64,000 nucleotides of DNA, taken from assembly GCA_963836235.1 (NCBI GenBank), contig CAWIIP010000004.1, positions 1-64,000 on the forward strand. The letters are read 5' to 3'. Below, piece after piece: positions 33,363 to 45,009 of this stretch. The position numbers were made by a program, and so were the translations under genes. The stretch is from an uncultured Pseudomonadota bacterium (GTDB lineage: Bacteria; Oederibacteriota; Muellerivitia; Muellerivitales; Muellerivitaceae). Within the stretch, counting starts at the first letter, position 1. The number at the start of each line of letters is the position of its first letter. The notes under the pieces were generated by a model, which saw nothing but the letters and a program-made list of their open reading frames with translations, was not told where the DNA came from and did no database searches.

Positions 33363-35499
33363 CGGCAAACCCCTTTACTCGGACAAGTTCTATAACGTCA
33401 AGATCATGAGGATTTATGTCGCCTACCTGAAAGAAAAGTGCCTTTGGCCCAATGAGAAGATCGAACATCTATTCGATCTTTGCCACTGCGACATCACTTT
33501 CCTGGATTCGGAAGACAACTGGTTCGACCAGGACTTGGCGGACCGTTTTATCGAAAAGGTTCAGAAGATGACGGGGGATGACCAAATCGCCTATAAGGTG
33601 GGCAGTTATGGCTTCTCCGCCTATGCCCGGGGTATCTCGGGAAGGTTGATGCAGGGTTTCGTCACTCCCCAGATTGTCTTCCAAAATATCGGCAAGAATT
33701 CTATGGCCTATAGCCGGGGTGCGGTTCTCAATCCGGTGAGGGTGTCCTCCAACGACGCCGTTTTAAGGTGCACCCCGGTAGAGGGATGCGACGAAAAGCC
33801 CTATCAATGCTTAAATCGCAAGGGAATGTTGGAGTCGGTACCACTTTTTTTCGGGTGCAAAGAATCACGGATCGTGGAAAACAAATGCATTCACTGGGGG
33901 GACAAATATTGCGAATACTTGATCGAGTGGAAGAACATGACCCTTTTCCCCAGTTCCGCAATCACCGCGGGGATTGGAGGTTCCAGCCTTGTGGCGGCCT
34001 ATATGGCCACCCACAGCTCCCTTTTTTCGCTGGCCTTTGGGGCTGGTATGGGGCTACTCACCGATTTCTGGCTTCTTAGCCGCACCACAAGGGTTCTCAG
34101 GGAGTTGATCGTGGAGAAAGACAACGCGCTTCAGGAGTCGTTGCGCATTTTCAACCGGCGTTACGAAGAGAGCGCGCTGAAACAGAACCTCTTCTTCAGT
34201 GCCTTCCAATCCCTCTCGGTGGAAGAACTCTGCCTTAAAACAGCGACCATTGCCAAAGATATGATGAAATTCGATCGGGTACTGATCATGCTCAGTGATA
34301 AGGAACGCAACGTACTCAAGACCACCGCAGCTGTCGGTTTTGAGGGAAATCTGAAGGAGATTGTGGAGATGGCGGAATTCAATATCGACCCCACTAACAC
34401 CACGGGTTTTTTCATTAATGTTTACAATACTCGGAAACCGCTTTTCCTTAGGGATATCACCCATAAGATGAGCAAGTTAAGTTCTCGAAGCCAGCAGCTG
34501 CTGAAATTGATGGGGACGAAAGCTTTTATCGTCGTTCCAATTGTTACCTCCGACAAAACAGTCGGTGTCATGGCCGTAGAGAACCTTGACGAATCCCGTC
34601 CCCTAATCAACGACGATATGGATATCCTCCTGGAAATCGCAAATTTGATGGGGCTTATCATTCCGAATGTGAAAAATTTTATTGCCATCAAAAAATCAGA
34701 GAAACTGGCCAAGTCTCTGGAGGAGCAGGAACGGCAACTCCGCCAGATTTTTCAGAAATTTATACCGGGCGAGGCGGTTTCGCGCCTTCAGCACTACGGA
34801 AGTGAATTCCTCACCGTCCAAAAGAGGATGGTGGATGTCATGTTCGTGGATATTGTGGGTTTCACCAGCTTCAGTGAAACAATCCCCCCGGAGGAAGTGG
34901 CCGATATCCTCAATATTTATATCGATGAGGTTCAGGAAACAGTTGATCTTTATGGGGGTAGGATCAACAAGATTATTGGCGATGGATTGCTCATCTACTT
35001 TGAAGAAGTAGGACCCAATTCGATTCGCGCTGGATACGCCATTCTGCAAGCCTGCGTCGCCATTAACCAACGTTTGACGATGAAAGGGTATCCTTCAATC
35101 TCTATTGGAGTCGGAGCGCACCGGGGCATTTGCAGCATCGGCTATATCGGAACGAAAGAAAGGCTGGACTACACTCTCATCGGCGACACGGTCAACGTCG
35201 CCTCGCGTATTGAGGGATATACTCGCAAGACCGGACCGTGCACCTTTTGTTTTTCCTCAACTTTGATCGACGCGGCGAAGGAATTTGACTACGTTTCCAA
35301 GGGGAAAGTACCATTAAAGGGTCGGGAAGAATCCATTGAGGTGCTTCAACTTCTGAAACCGTTGCGGAAAAAGAAAGTAGGCCCGATCGGGCCTACTTTA
35401 AAACAAGCCGCGAAGAATGGGTCCAAATTGAAGTCCACCGAAAAAGTTAGTCCGGATTTTCAAGAGCTCAAGTCTCCGGTGGTTGGACGCTTCAACTAA
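33349..35499 (+). CDS. Class III adenylate/guanylate cyclase with V4R-like N-terminal sensor, TM and GAF domains
   Basis: CLNRKGMLE...KCIHWGDKYCEYLIEW (V4R-like); GAF; VMFVDIVGFT, KIIGDG and DYTLIGDTVNVASRIEG. Confidence 0.85.
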   Translation: MSLSSGKPLYSDKFYNVKIMRIYVAYLKEKCLWPNEKIEHLFDLCHCDITFLDSEDNWFDQDLADRFIEKVQKMTGDDQIAYKVGSYGFSAYARGISGRLMQGFVTPQIVFQNIGKNSMAYSRGAVLNPVRVSSNDAVLRCTPVEGCDEKPYQCLNRKGMLESVPLFFGCKESRIVENKCIHWGDKYCEYLIEWKNMTLFPSSAITAGIGGSSLVAAYMATHSSLFSLAFGAGMGLLTDFWLLSRTTRVLRELIVEKDNALQESLRIFNRRYEESALKQNLFFSAFQSLSVEELCLKTATIAKDMMKFDRVLIMLSDKERNVLKTTAAVGFEGNLKEIVEMAEFNIDPTNTTGFFINVYNTRKPLFLRDITHKMSKLSSRSQQLLKLMGTKAFIVVPIVTSDKTVGVMAVENLDESRPLINDDMDILLEIANLMGLIIPNVKNFIAIKKSEKLAKSLEEQERQLRQIFQKFIPGEAVSRLQHYGSEFLTVQKRMVDVMFVDIVGFTSFSETIPPEEVADILNIYIDEVQETVDLYGGRINKIIGDGLLIYFEEVGPNSIRAGYAILQACVAINQRLTMKGYPSISIGVGAHRGICSIGYIGTKERLDYTLIGDTVNVASRIEGYTRKTGPCTFCFSSTLIDAAKEFDYVSKGKVPLKGREESIEVLQLLKPLRKKKVGPIGPTLKQAAKNGSKLKSTEKVSPDFQELKSPVVGRFN

Positions 35500-35621
35500 G
35501 GTGAGTTCTTTACCCTTAATATGAAAAAAGAACTAAGGACTTTGTTTTCAAATTAAAGGCCGGTAGATTTTCAAAACCCTTCCGAAAAGGAAGAATTCCA
35601 AGGGAACAGCTAGGAAGGGCT

Positions 35622-36767
35622 TTACTTAACAGGTTGTTTTTTGGAAAAAATACCGGCAATAATTTCAGCGAAACGGCTGGGCACTTCCAGCTTACGTGGC
35701 TCGTCACCGATGATGGGCTTGTCGAACAAAGCATATACCTGATTAATTCCTACGTCCTTAAACCAGGCGAGGCCCGGGTCCATCGCGCCGACGATCGCAA
35801 TGCAGGGTATTCCCATCCTTTTCGCCATCTGGGCGACAGCTACAGGCGCTTTTCCCTCACGGCTGGAGTTGTCCAAGAGACCCTCGCCGGTGATCACCAG
35901 ATCGCAGCCCTTCATTTGGTCTTCCAGTTTTAGAGTTTGGGCCACAAAGTCAAAACCACTTTCCAACTTGGCGCCCAAGGCCAGGAGGGCCATACCCATC
36001 CCGCCAGCGGCTCCTGAACCTTTTTCATTTTTCAGAAGCATTCCCGAAGTCTTTGAAAGTACTCCCTCAAATTGATAAAGACCTTTTTCCAACTCCTCGA
36101 TAGCGTCGGGGGTCGCCCCCTTCTGAGGGCCGAAGAACCGAGCGGCTCCATGATCCCCCAAGACGGGAACATTGACATCGACCAAGCCAATGATATCGAT
36201 TCCCTTGAGGGCGAGTTGGATGGGTTCCAAGTCAATAGATTGAATCAAGGACAGATGTTTGCCGGAAAGGCCTCTGGGAGGCAAGGTGCCTTTGGCCTTG
36301 AAGGTTGCGCCTAAGGCCTGAAGAAAGCCGAGGCCGCCGTCAATGGTGGCACTTCCGCCGAGGGAAATTTTTAAATGGAGCACTCCATGTTTTTTGACCG
36401 CTTCTAAAACAAGTTCTCCCGCGCCATAAGTAGTCGTTTCAAGGGGATTGCGTTCTTCCGGCGCCAGGCGAAAAAGGCCTGAAGCTTGGGCCATTTCGAT
36501 AATGCCCGTGTCTTTTTGGGGTAGTTGGGCGATCCCATATTGGGCTTGTTTTGGACGCATCAGGGGATCATTCACAGTGGTAGTGAGGGTTTTTCCCTTG
36601 AGGAGATAAATAATGGAAGTTAATGTGCCCTCTCCTCCATCGGCCACGGGGCAGAGACGAATCTGGGCGTCGGGAAGGTTTTTTTGGATTTGGTTTCTCA
36701 GAATTTCGGAGACTTCCTGGGCTGTCGAGACTCCCTTGAATTTATCGGGGGCAATTAGGATTTTCAT
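35622..36767 (-). CDS. glxK: Glycerate kinase
   Basis: KILIAPDKFKG, VADGGEGT, LGGSATIDGG, GAAGG and ITGEG motifs. Confidence 0.92.
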   Translation of the reverse strand: MKILIAPDKFKGVSTAQEVSEILRNQIQKNLPDAQIRLCPVADGGEGTLTSIIYLLKGKTLTTTVNDPLMRPKQAQYGIAQLPQKDTGIIEMAQASGLFRLAPEERNPLETTTYGAGELVLEAVKKHGVLHLKISLGGSATIDGGLGFLQALGATFKAKGTLPPRGLSGKHLSLIQSIDLEPIQLALKGIDIIGLVDVNVPVLGDHGAARFFGPQKGATPDAIEELEKGLYQFEGVLSKTSGMLLKNEKGSGAAGGMGMALLALGAKLESGFDFVAQTLKLEDQMKGCDLVITGEGLLDNSSREGKAPVAVAQMAKRMGIPCIAIVGAMDPGLAWFKDVGINQVYALFDKPIIGDEPRKLEVPSRFAEIIAGIFSKKQPVK

Positions 36768-36917
36768 AGGCTCCTATCGCTGCTGAGTCTTGATTTACTT
36801 TCACCATTAGTGGTGAGAGGACTAAAATCTTTTTTAATCCCATGTGCCAATTAGTTTATCTTTTTGCTTCAGCGCACTAAACTAATCTGTCTATATCGGC
36901 TATTTTAAGGAGGAAAA

Positions 36918-38900
36918 ATGACTCCGCAAGACCAATCCATCACTTCTTTACAAAAAGATTCCCTAACTTTTCCGCCTCCCAAAGCTCTGGCGGCCAAGGC
37001 CTACATCGGAACCTTTGAGAAATATAAGGAAATGTATGACCATTCTGTAAAAGACTCCCACGCCTTTTGGCTCGAACAAGCCTTCCGGGAACTCGTGTGG
37101 TTTAAAAAACCTAATCAGACTTTGGAATATACCTGGAATAGTTCCAAAGGCGTCATCCAACATACATGGTTTGCGGATGGAGAGCTAAATGCCGCAGTCA
37201 ATTGTCTGGACCGTCATTTGACGGGTCCGGTGAGGGACAAGATCGCCATCCTTTGGCAGGGTGAAAAAGATGAGGAAGTCCGAAGAATCACTTATTCCGA
37301 ACTCCACAAACTTGTCTGCCAGTTCTCCAATGTTTTGCTTTCCAAAGGCGTTCAAAAGGGCGACCGGGTTTGCGTTTATATGCCGATGGTGCCCGAGGCG
37401 GCAGTGGCCCTATTGGCTTGCGCCCGTATCGGGGCTATTCATTCGGTCGTGTTCGCCGGTTTTTCGGCGGAGTCCCTCAAAAGCCGAATCCAGGATTCGG
37501 ACAATGTCGCGGTCGTGACCGCCGATGTGGGGTTTAGGGCCGGTAGGATCATTCCCCTTAAGAATATCGTGGATGAGGCCCTCAAAGATTGCCCGACCAT
37601 AAAAAATGTCTTCGTCTTCCAAAGAGGGGACGGAAAAGTCGAGATGAAGGGTGGACGAGACCATTGGTGGCATGAAGAAATGAAAAAGGCCAGTCCCGAG
37701 CATGAAGCTGAAGCCATGATGGCGGAAGATCCCCTTTTTATTCTTTATACCTCCGGTTCTACCGGCAAACCCAAGGGGGTATTGCATACAACGGCGGGGT
37801 ATTTGTTGTGGGTGGCGATGACCCACCGCTATGTGTTCGATTATCACCCCGAGGATCTCTATTGGTGTACGGCGGATATCGGATGGGTTACCGGACACAG
37901 CTATATCGTATACGGGCCTTTGGCTAATGGCGCTACCACGCTGATGTTCGAGGGTGTTCCTAATTTTCCCGACGCCGGGCGATTTTGGCAGGTCGTTTCT
38001 AAGCATAAGGTGAATATTTTTTATACGGCTCCTACCGCCATTCGGGCCCTGATGCGGGAGGGCGAAGATTGGCCGAAGAAGTATGATTTAAGCTCTTTAA
38101 AAATATTGGGATCGGTCGGTGAACCCATTAACCCCGAAGCCTGGTTGTGGTACCACCGTAATGTGGGGCGGGGGAATTGCCCTATCGTGGATACTTGGTG
38201 GCAGACCGAAACTGGGGGGTTCATGATTACTCCCTTGCCGGGAGCCCATACCCTTAAACCCGGAAGTGCGTCTCGGCCCTTTTTTGGGGTGGAGCCAGTT
38301 GTTTTGAGGGACGACGGTACTGAGTGCAGTCCCAATGAGGGCGGAAAACTTTGCATCAAGAAGCCTTGGCCCGGCATGATGCGCACCACTTGGGGTGACC
38401 ACCAGCGGTTTATCAATACCTACTTTTCAACATTCAACAATATGTATTTCACCGGTGATGGTTGCCGCATCGACCAAGATGGTGACTATTGGCTTATGGG
38501 TCGCGTGGATGATGTGGTTAATATCTCAGGACATCGTATTGGGACGGCTGAGGTAGAAAGCGCTCTCGTGTCTTTTTCCAAAGTTTCCGAGGCTGCGGTA
38601 GTGGGCTATCCTCACGATATCAAAGGCCAAGCCCTCTACGCTTATGTTACCCTTAAAGAAGGCGTGGCCCCGACCGAGGAAATCAAAAAAGAGCTGATCC
38701 AGCATGTCCGCAAGGAGATTGGCCCCATCGCCCAGCCGGATAAAATTCAATTTTCGGAAGGGTTGCCGAAGACCCGAAGCGGCAAAATCATGCGCCGAAT
38801 CTTGAGGAAAATCGCCGAAAATGACACCGGTAACCTGGGGGACACGAGTACCTTGGCTGATCCGTCGGTGGTAGAAAAACTGGTTCAAGGTAAACAATAA
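36918..38900 (+). CDS. acs: Acetyl-CoA synthetase
   Basis: [21 protein letters not shown] and [12 protein letters not shown]. Confidence 0.97.
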   Translation: MTPQDQSITSLQKDSLTFPPPKALAAKAYIGTFEKYKEMYDHSVKDSHAFWLEQAFRELVWFKKPNQTLEYTWNSSKGVIQHTWFADGELNAAVNCLDRHLTGPVRDKIAILWQGEKDEEVRRITYSELHKLVCQFSNVLLSKGVQKGDRVCVYMPMVPEAAVALLACARIGAIHSVVFAGFSAESLKSRIQDSDNVAVVTADVGFRAGRIIPLKNIVDEALKDCPTIKNVFVFQRGDGKVEMKGGRDHWWHEEMKKASPEHEAEAMMAEDPLFILYTSGSTGKPKGVLHTTAGYLLWVAMTHRYVFDYHPEDLYWCTADIGWVTGHSYIVYGPLANGATTLMFEGVPNFPDAGRFWQVVSKHKVNIFYTAPTAIRALMREGEDWPKKYDLSSLKILGSVGEPINPEAWLWYHRNVGRGNCPIVDTWWQTETGGFMITPLPGAHTLKPGSASRPFFGVEPVVLRDDGTECSPNEGGKLCIKKPWPGMMRTTWGDHQRFINTYFSTFNNMYFTGDGCRIDQDGDYWLMGRVDDVVNISGHRIGTAEVESALVSFSKVSEAAVVGYPHDIKGQALYAYVTLKEGVAPTEEIKKELIQHVRKEIGPIAQPDKIQFSEGLPKTRSGKIMRRILRKIAENDTGNLGDTSTLADPSVVEKLVQGKQ

Positions 38901-39081
38901 AACTTAAATCCATGCCTTTTTACGCTTGCGATCCTACTTTGTAGGAATGGTGTTTTTGATTTGGCCGAAGGATTTGAGGGAATTCACGGGACGAAACAAA
39001 AAACCATTTGGGTACGTCAAAACAAGGAAGAGAAGCACGCTTCGTGTGATAATAGTTCCGTCTAACCAATGAGAGGATGTT

Positions 39082-40251
39082 ATGAAAAAGACTTTAATGA
39101 TCTTGTTCGCTTTATCTTTAATACAGGGTGCTTTGGCCTTGGCCCAGGATGGCGGGGGCCGACATGGTGGGGGAGAAGGGGGTGGCGGAGGTTTTTCGGG
39201 CCAGAGTGGCGGTGGAGTCCAACCGAAGAAGCACTCGAAGGGGCCTAAAAATCATAAGAATCCTGGCGGTTGGAATCATGGAGGATCGACCTCGAGTCCT
39301 TCCGGAACCCATTCCTTTAATGCGAATAACGGAGCGTCCAACAACGCACCCCATCACTTCGGTTCAAATGCCTCGAGTCCTGGTAGCACGGGATTCAATA
39401 ACGCCCAAAATCACTCCACCCATCCCGGGGGAAGTTTCAACCACTCCGTGCGAGTTCCGTCCAACTTAAGGCAAATGGGGATTAAGCATTTGCCCCCTAC
39501 CCTGAATAAGAGCAATATGCTCTCCACGGATCCCCAACACTCTTCCATGGTTCAACCGCAAATGGGTCCCAGGGGGCAGGCTCTCCACGCCTCTGTGATC
39601 GCACCCACGAGCACGAACGCCGTAGTGGTGCAGAGCCATATGACAGCCATTAACCGTAGTCCTGCCGTTATGGCCAAAATCAATATTTACAATAGCCATG
39701 AAACGGTCGCGGGCCAGTATTATTGGCATAACTGGAACGGAACCAATTACTGCCATTATTATGATTCCTGGGGATACCACTGGTACGGATGGTATTGGGG
39801 CAATACTTGCTTTTGGTCCAGATGGTATGGAAATAATTGGTGGTGGTATGACCCGGGTTATGCCCGCTGGTGTTACTGGTATGACGGTTACTGGTGGTGG
39901 CAGGATCCGTACTTAAATGTGACCTATGTCTACAACAATGGTGAGTACACTTCTTCGGTGACCAATGGATCGTCGGTATCCACAAGTCCTTCGGCCGAAA
40001 TCGATTTTAAGAGTAAGGACGGCACCCGCATGGTGAAAGTCGTCGGTAATGACGCTTTTCTCTATGATACGGTGGATACTGCCAACAACAAACCGTTCTA
40101 TCTGGCTTCCAATATCAAGGATGTTCAGTATTCGAAAACGGATAATGGCCAGCCTTTGCAAATCATGCTGACCTTTAATGATGGCACGTCGCAAACATTC
40201 GATTCGGATGGCAATCCGATCAACAACGGTTCGAACAGCCCTGTAAATTGA
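39082..40251 (+). CDS. Secreted protein with Gly/His-rich N-terminus and Trp/Tyr-rich repeat
   Basis: Signal peptide; YYWHNWNG...GYHWYGWYWG..WWWYD..WCYWYDGYWWW. Confidence 0.75.
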   Translation: MKKTLMILFALSLIQGALALAQDGGGRHGGGEGGGGGFSGQSGGGVQPKKHSKGPKNHKNPGGWNHGGSTSSPSGTHSFNANNGASNNAPHHFGSNASSPGSTGFNNAQNHSTHPGGSFNHSVRVPSNLRQMGIKHLPPTLNKSNMLSTDPQHSSMVQPQMGPRGQALHASVIAPTSTNAVVVQSHMTAINRSPAVMAKINIYNSHETVAGQYYWHNWNGTNYCHYYDSWGYHWYGWYWGNTCFWSRWYGNNWWWYDPGYARWCYWYDGYWWWQDPYLNVTYVYNNGEYTSSVTNGSSVSTSPSAEIDFKSKDGTRMVKVVGNDAFLYDTVDTANNKPFYLASNIKDVQYSKTDNGQPLQIMLTFNDGTSQTFDSDGNPINNGSNSPVN

Positions 40252-40292
40252 TGGTTTTCATAATGGCCTAGAAATTTTGTGAGGTACTAAAA

Positions 40293-40475
40293 ATGGATTT
40301 TCAAGCTTTTGAAAAATGGATTAAAAACCTGAGTGAAGCCGATAGGGCTTTTCTTGAGCGCCATAAAGAGTGGAAGAAGGAATATCGAAAAATTCAGGAA
40401 GTGGGCGTTCTTTCCAATGGTTTTGCTGAAAAAACAATGGAGGTCCTGGAAGATGGTTCTGAAAGCGAAACATAG
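40293..40475 (+). CDS. Small hypothetical protein
   Basis: GAGGT SD; 60-aa ORF. Confidence 0.5.
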   Translation: MDFQAFEKWIKNLSEADRAFLERHKEWKKEYRKIQEVGVLSNGFAEKTMEVLEDGSESET

Positions 40476-40589
40476 CTCTTTCTTTTAAAAAGTAAGTTCG
40501 AACCCCCTGGTTTTTCCTCGAAAATGAATTTGTAAGATCGTAAATGCCTCGACCGAGGTTACGGCCATTTAATATGATCGTGACTGGTT

Positions 40590-41294
40590 GTGTTGATGGT
40601 TTCTAACAATGGAAAGGTCGACCCAATGGATGTTCTTCGTGACGGGTTCAAATCGAGTAACGATGGGTTTCTCTTTTCGACAGTGACATTTTTTTTATTA
40701 CTTGTCCCTTCTTTATTTTGGGGGATGGGTGTTTACCAAGTGGTGACAAAGGCCAATCGCTCCTGCCAATCCATTGACGAATCCGTTAAATCCAACGCTG
40801 TTTCCCTCGAATACCTGGTTGAAATTGATTCGGCTGGGTCGGCGATCTGGAAAAAAACGGATGCTCCGGAAGACATTCCAAAAGCCGCTCCCAGCGGATC
40901 TATGCGCAACGCGAAAGTTTATTTAAACGGCACCCTGCCGGTTCGAGTTGACTTGGAACTGAAAAGCCCCTCGAAGGAATGGGTTCATTATGTCCGCTAT
41001 TATTACCGGGAGGATGGCACCCTGGAAAAAACTCATTCGGATTTCCGGCGATTTGGCGCTTACGAAAAAGAGAAGGGCATGGAGCAGGAGTTTTTGGTGA
41101 AGGTCCTCCGGGACAAATACTATGATTCAAAGGGAAAAATGGTTAAGAAAACAAGCCCGCGTTTTTTCAACATGAGCACCAAGCGGGAAATGAATAACGT
41201 TGTTTACACAGATGGTCCGTGGCCCATTTATCCCAAAGCGGAGCAACTGCCTTTTTATGGAATGTTGAAACCGACTGATTCACTCAAAAATTAA
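40590..41294 (+). CDS. Hypothetical membrane-anchored protein
   Basis: Single TM segment followed by a soluble domain. Confidence 0.6.
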   Translation: MLMVSNNGKVDPMDVLRDGFKSSNDGFLFSTVTFFLLLVPSLFWGMGVYQVVTKANRSCQSIDESVKSNAVSLEYLVEIDSAGSAIWKKTDAPEDIPKAAPSGSMRNAKVYLNGTLPVRVDLELKSPSKEWVHYVRYYYREDGTLEKTHSDFRRFGAYEKEKGMEQEFLVKVLRDKYYDSKGKMVKKTSPRFFNMSTKREMNNVVYTDGPWPIYPKAEQLPFYGMLKPTDSLKN

Positions 41295-41529
41295 AAATCT
41301 TAAAAGAAGTTCATGATTTGTGCGGTTGCATCCACGCTTGATGTCCCCGGATGCGTCTTAACTTGAGATGGGCGGAAATTGAACCATAGAAAATTCCCCT
41401 GAGAAAACGTTCAAATAAACCATTTTGTCCAACGGGATTGTCCATTTCTACAAACCTGTTTTACTTTTTGGAATCCCTTGTGGTTTAAGTCGAAAAGTCC
41501 TTTAAAAACCCTTGAACTAGCATTCCACT

Positions 41530-41545
41530 TGGCGCTACTCTTGCA
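41530..41545 (+). promoter_or_regulatory. Sigma-54 promoter of glutamine synthetase
   Basis: TGGCGCTACTCTTGCA, a close match to TGGCAC-N5-TTGCA, upstream of a nitrogen-assimilation gene. Confidence 0.7.
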
Positions 41546-41654
41546 TCTCTTCATAGTCGTCCAACGCATTTCGACGCCATGCTTTTTTTACTTTTGTCAA
41601 TGTAGGGCTGTTTAAAGCCGATAGCTGCTTATCAATCTGACAAGGAGCCAACGC

Positions 41655-43823
41655 ATGTCATCATCCCGCAAGAAGGTTGCCTTATCCATCGGGAAGGAAG
41701 TTTCTCCCGTCGAGAATTATATGTCTGAACCTGGACATGAAATCTTCGGATCTCTCGTATTTACCGACGCGGTCCAAAAGCAGTATTTGTCGAAGGATGT
41801 TTATAAAAAACTGCGGGCAACAACCATCAAAGGTGAACCGCTCGATCCTTCCATCGCTGACCAGGTAGCACAAGGCATGAAGGAATGGGCCTTGTCTCAT
41901 GGCGCAACCCACTACACCCACTGGTTCATTCCCTTGACTGGTTTGGGAGCGGAAAAACATGATTCCTTTCTGGAGTACACAGCTGATGGAGGAGCCATCG
42001 CCGAGTTTTCTGGTAAAACCCTCATCAAGGGTGAGCCGGACGCTTCCTCCTTTCCCTCGGGCGGAACCCGTTCCACTTTTGAGGCCCGGGGTTACACGGC
42101 CTGGGATCCGACTTCTTCCGCTTTCATTCAAAAAGAATTGAACGGCGCCACTTTGACTATCCCCACGGCTTTCGTCAGCTATACCGAAGAAGCTTTGGAC
42201 TTCAAGACCCCGCTTCTACGCTCGGTGGAAAGCCTCTCAGTCCAGGCCCTGCGCCTTCTGCGTCTGTTCGGCAATAAAACCGCCAAGCATGTGTTCACCA
42301 ATATGGGGCCGGAGCAGGAATATTTCCTCATCGATCGCAAATATTATGAACTTCGCCCCGACTTGATCGCTGGCGGACGCACTCTTTTCGGCGCTCCCCC
42401 CTACCGGGGGCAGGAATTGGAGGACCATTATTTCGGGTCCATCCGTGAGCGCATCCTGGCCTACATGATGGACCTGGATCGGGAACTGTGGCGGCTGGGC
42501 ATCCTGTCCAAGACGCGTCATAACGAAGTGGCGCCCGCTCAATTTGAGATGGCGCCCCTTTATGAGAAATCCTCCATCGCGGCGGACCATAACATGATCG
42601 TCATGGAGCTTATGCGTAAAGTGGCCTTGCGGCACGGCCTGGTCTGCCTCCTGCACGAGAAGCCATTCGCGGGCATCAACGGCAACGGCAAGCACAACAA
42701 CTGGTCCATGGGGACCGACGAGGGCGAGAACCTGTTGGAACCGGGAACCACCCCGCACGCCAACGCCCAGTTCCTGGCCTTCTTGGTGGCCATCATCGCA
42801 GCAGTGGACAAGTATGCCGAGCTGCTTCGCATCGCAATCGCAGGTCCCGGCAACGACCACCGCCTGGGAGCCAACGAGGCCCCGCCAGCCATCATCTCCA
42901 TCTTCCTGGGTGATCAATTGCAGGATATAGTCGACCAGTTGGAAAAAGGGCCGGCTTCCTCCAGCAAGTCGGGCGGAACCATGCAACTAGGGGTTTCCAC
43001 CCTGCCCCCCCTTCCCAAAGATGCCACGGACCGTAACCGTACCTCGCCTTTCGCCTTCACGGGCAACAAGTTCGAGTTCCGCGCAGTCGGGTCCTCGGCC
43101 GCCATTTATTGGCCCAACGCAGTGCTGAATACCATCGTGGCGGAGTCCATCGATCGCATCGCCATCGAATTGGAAAAGGGCGGAGACTTGAATAAGACCT
43201 TGGCCACTATTCTTCAAAGGGAACTCAAGGAACACAAAAAAGTGCTCTTCAACGGCAATGGTTACGCCGCCGATTGGCACGCCGAGGCCCAAAAGAGGGG
43301 CCTGCCGAACCTCAAGACCACGGTGGACGCCCTCAAGGCCATGCCGAAAAAAGAATACAAGGAGCTTTTCGCCAAGTACAAGGTCCTTAACGAGAAGGAG
43401 TATGAGGCTCGCGAGGAAATCATGTGGGAAAGGTACGTGAAGATCACGAATATCGAGGCCGGTGCCACGGTTGACATCGCCCAGAACCAGATCCTGCCGG
43501 CGGTTCTCAAGTACCAGAGCGAACTGGCGGAGACCATCCAGGCCACCTCGGCTGTGGTGAAAACCGGCCAAAAGGGCCAAACGGCCCTGCTGGAGGAAGT
43601 CACCAAAGGCGCCAGCGAGTTGTATGAGGCTGCTATGGCCCTGGACAAGCTCATTGAAAGCGCGAACAGCGGGTCCAGCCTGCACCAGATCGCCGCTTCC
43701 TTCAAGGACTCGGTCATCCCGGGTATGCTGAGGGTCCGAGAAATCGCCGACTGGCTGGAAGGCCTGGTGAGCGATGATCTCTGGCCCCTGCCGAAGTACC
43801 GGGAGATGCTGTTCCAGTACTAA
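41655..43823 (+). CDS. glnA: Glutamine synthetase type III
   Basis: 722 aa; [44 protein letters not shown] and [20 protein letters not shown]. Confidence 0.95.
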   Translation: MSSSRKKVALSIGKEVSPVENYMSEPGHEIFGSLVFTDAVQKQYLSKDVYKKLRATTIKGEPLDPSIADQVAQGMKEWALSHGATHYTHWFIPLTGLGAEKHDSFLEYTADGGAIAEFSGKTLIKGEPDASSFPSGGTRSTFEARGYTAWDPTSSAFIQKELNGATLTIPTAFVSYTEEALDFKTPLLRSVESLSVQALRLLRLFGNKTAKHVFTNMGPEQEYFLIDRKYYELRPDLIAGGRTLFGAPPYRGQELEDHYFGSIRERILAYMMDLDRELWRLGILSKTRHNEVAPAQFEMAPLYEKSSIAADHNMIVMELMRKVALRHGLVCLLHEKPFAGINGNGKHNNWSMGTDEGENLLEPGTTPHANAQFLAFLVAIIAAVDKYAELLRIAIAGPGNDHRLGANEAPPAIISIFLGDQLQDIVDQLEKGPASSSKSGGTMQLGVSTLPPLPKDATDRNRTSPFAFTGNKFEFRAVGSSAAIYWPNAVLNTIVAESIDRIAIELEKGGDLNKTLATILQRELKEHKKVLFNGNGYAADWHAEAQKRGLPNLKTTVDALKAMPKKEYKELFAKYKVLNEKEYEAREEIMWERYVKITNIEAGATVDIAQNQILPAVLKYQSELAETIQATSAVVKTGQKGQTALLEEVTKGASELYEAAMALDKLIESANSGSSLHQIAASFKDSVIPGMLRVREIADWLEGLVSDDLWPLPKYREMLFQY

Positions 43824-43840
43824 GCTGGCTGCCGTAACTG

Positions 43841-43875
43841 AAGGGCCGTTCCCGAAAGGGGATGGCCCTTTTTTA
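43841..43875 (+). terminator. Rho-independent terminator
   Basis: AAGGGCCGTTCCC-GAAA-GGGGATGGCCCTTTTTT. Confidence 0.85.
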
Positions 43876-45009
43876 TTTCCGCGGGGTTCTATTCCCAAAA
43901 AGAGGAGCGAAGAGGCCTTCTCCCCCATTCTTTTCTGCTTGTTCCAAAACCCACTCGCGAAGCTTGTTTTGGGCGCTGGCGAAAGGCAGCTGGATCAACT
44001 CTTTGCCCGCGACCCATTTAAAATCCTTCGAAAACTGGGCGCTTTTCGGCGGGGGTGAAGGGAAAAGCCTCAGGCGAACCCTATGATGGGTGATTTGATG
44101 GCGCACTTCCAGCGAAGTCTCACCGTCGGATTTGGTTTTTAATTCCTTGTCCAATTTGGCGCGGGCTTCCTCGAAGGTTTTTCCTTCGGCGCTGGGGAAT
44201 TCCCACATTCCCTTCAGCCACTTTTCCTCCTGGGACCGTTTTTTCACGAGCACCAGATCCTTTTTCTGGATCAGGAAAGCCGCCATCCGGATTTCCACCG
44301 TTTCCTGCGCCTTCGGCATTTCGGGCAACTCGTTTTGGAGCCCTTTTTGGGAAGCTCGGCATTGGGTCAAGAGAGGGCAAAGCAGGCATTGGGGGTTGTC
44401 GGAAAAGCAAAGCGTTGCGCCTAATTCCATGACCGCCTGGTTGAAGTCCCCGGGACGGTCCTTGGAAATCAGGGCCCGGGCTAGGTCCCAAACCTTTTGG
44501 TGGCCCTCACCGGTTTTCAAGTTGCCCCTTAAAAGAAAAAGCCTGGAAAAAACCCGGATGACGTTTCCGTCCACCACCGGGTGGGGTTTTTGGAAGGCGA
44601 TGGATAGGACGGCTCCCGCGCTATAAGGCCCGACGCCGGGAAGTTTCGTAATTTCTTCCAAGGTGTCGGGAAGCTTTCCGTTGTAATCCCCTACCACCAT
44701 TTGGGCGGCGGCTTGGAGGTTCCGAGCCCGGCGGTAGTAGCCCAAGCCTTCCCAAAGTTTCAGCACTTTTTCTTCCTTGGCTTTTGCCAGGGACTTCCAG
44801 TCCGGCAGTTCCTTCAGGAAACGGTGGTAATAGGGGATGACGGTTTTCACTTGGGTTTGCTGAAGCATCATCTCGGAAACGAAAGTGGCGTAAGGGCTAT
44901 GGATGCCGCGCCAGGGCAGGTCCCGCTTGTTATGGTCATACCAATGGAGAAGCTTCTTTTGAAAAAGCGCGGGATTTGGGGAGTTTTCCTTGGTGAAGCG
45001 TGCCATCAA
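43873..45009 (-). CDS. mutY: A/G-specific adenine glycosylase
   Basis: RDLPWR, SEMMLQQTQV, HhH LPGVGPY, VDGNVIRV and an Fe-S C-X6-C-X2-C-X5-C motif. Confidence 0.95.
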   Translation of the reverse strand: MMARFTKENSPNPALFQKKLLHWYDHNKRDLPWRGIHSPYATFVSEMMLQQTQVKTVIPYYHRFLKELPDWKSLAKAKEEKVLKLWEGLGYYRRARNLQAAAQMVVGDYNGKLPDTLEEITKLPGVGPYSAGAVLSIAFQKPHPVVDGNVIRVFSRLFLLRGNLKTGEGHQKVWDLARALISKDRPGDFNQAVMELGATLCFSDNPQCLLCPLLTQCRASQKGLQNELPEMPKAQETVEIRMAAFLIQKKDLVLVKKRSQEEKWLKGMWEFPSAEGKTFEEARAKLDKELKTKSDGETSLEVRHQITHHRVRLRLFPSPPPKSAQFSKDFKWVAGKELIQLPFASAQNKLREWVLEQAEKNGGEGLFAPLFGNRTPRK

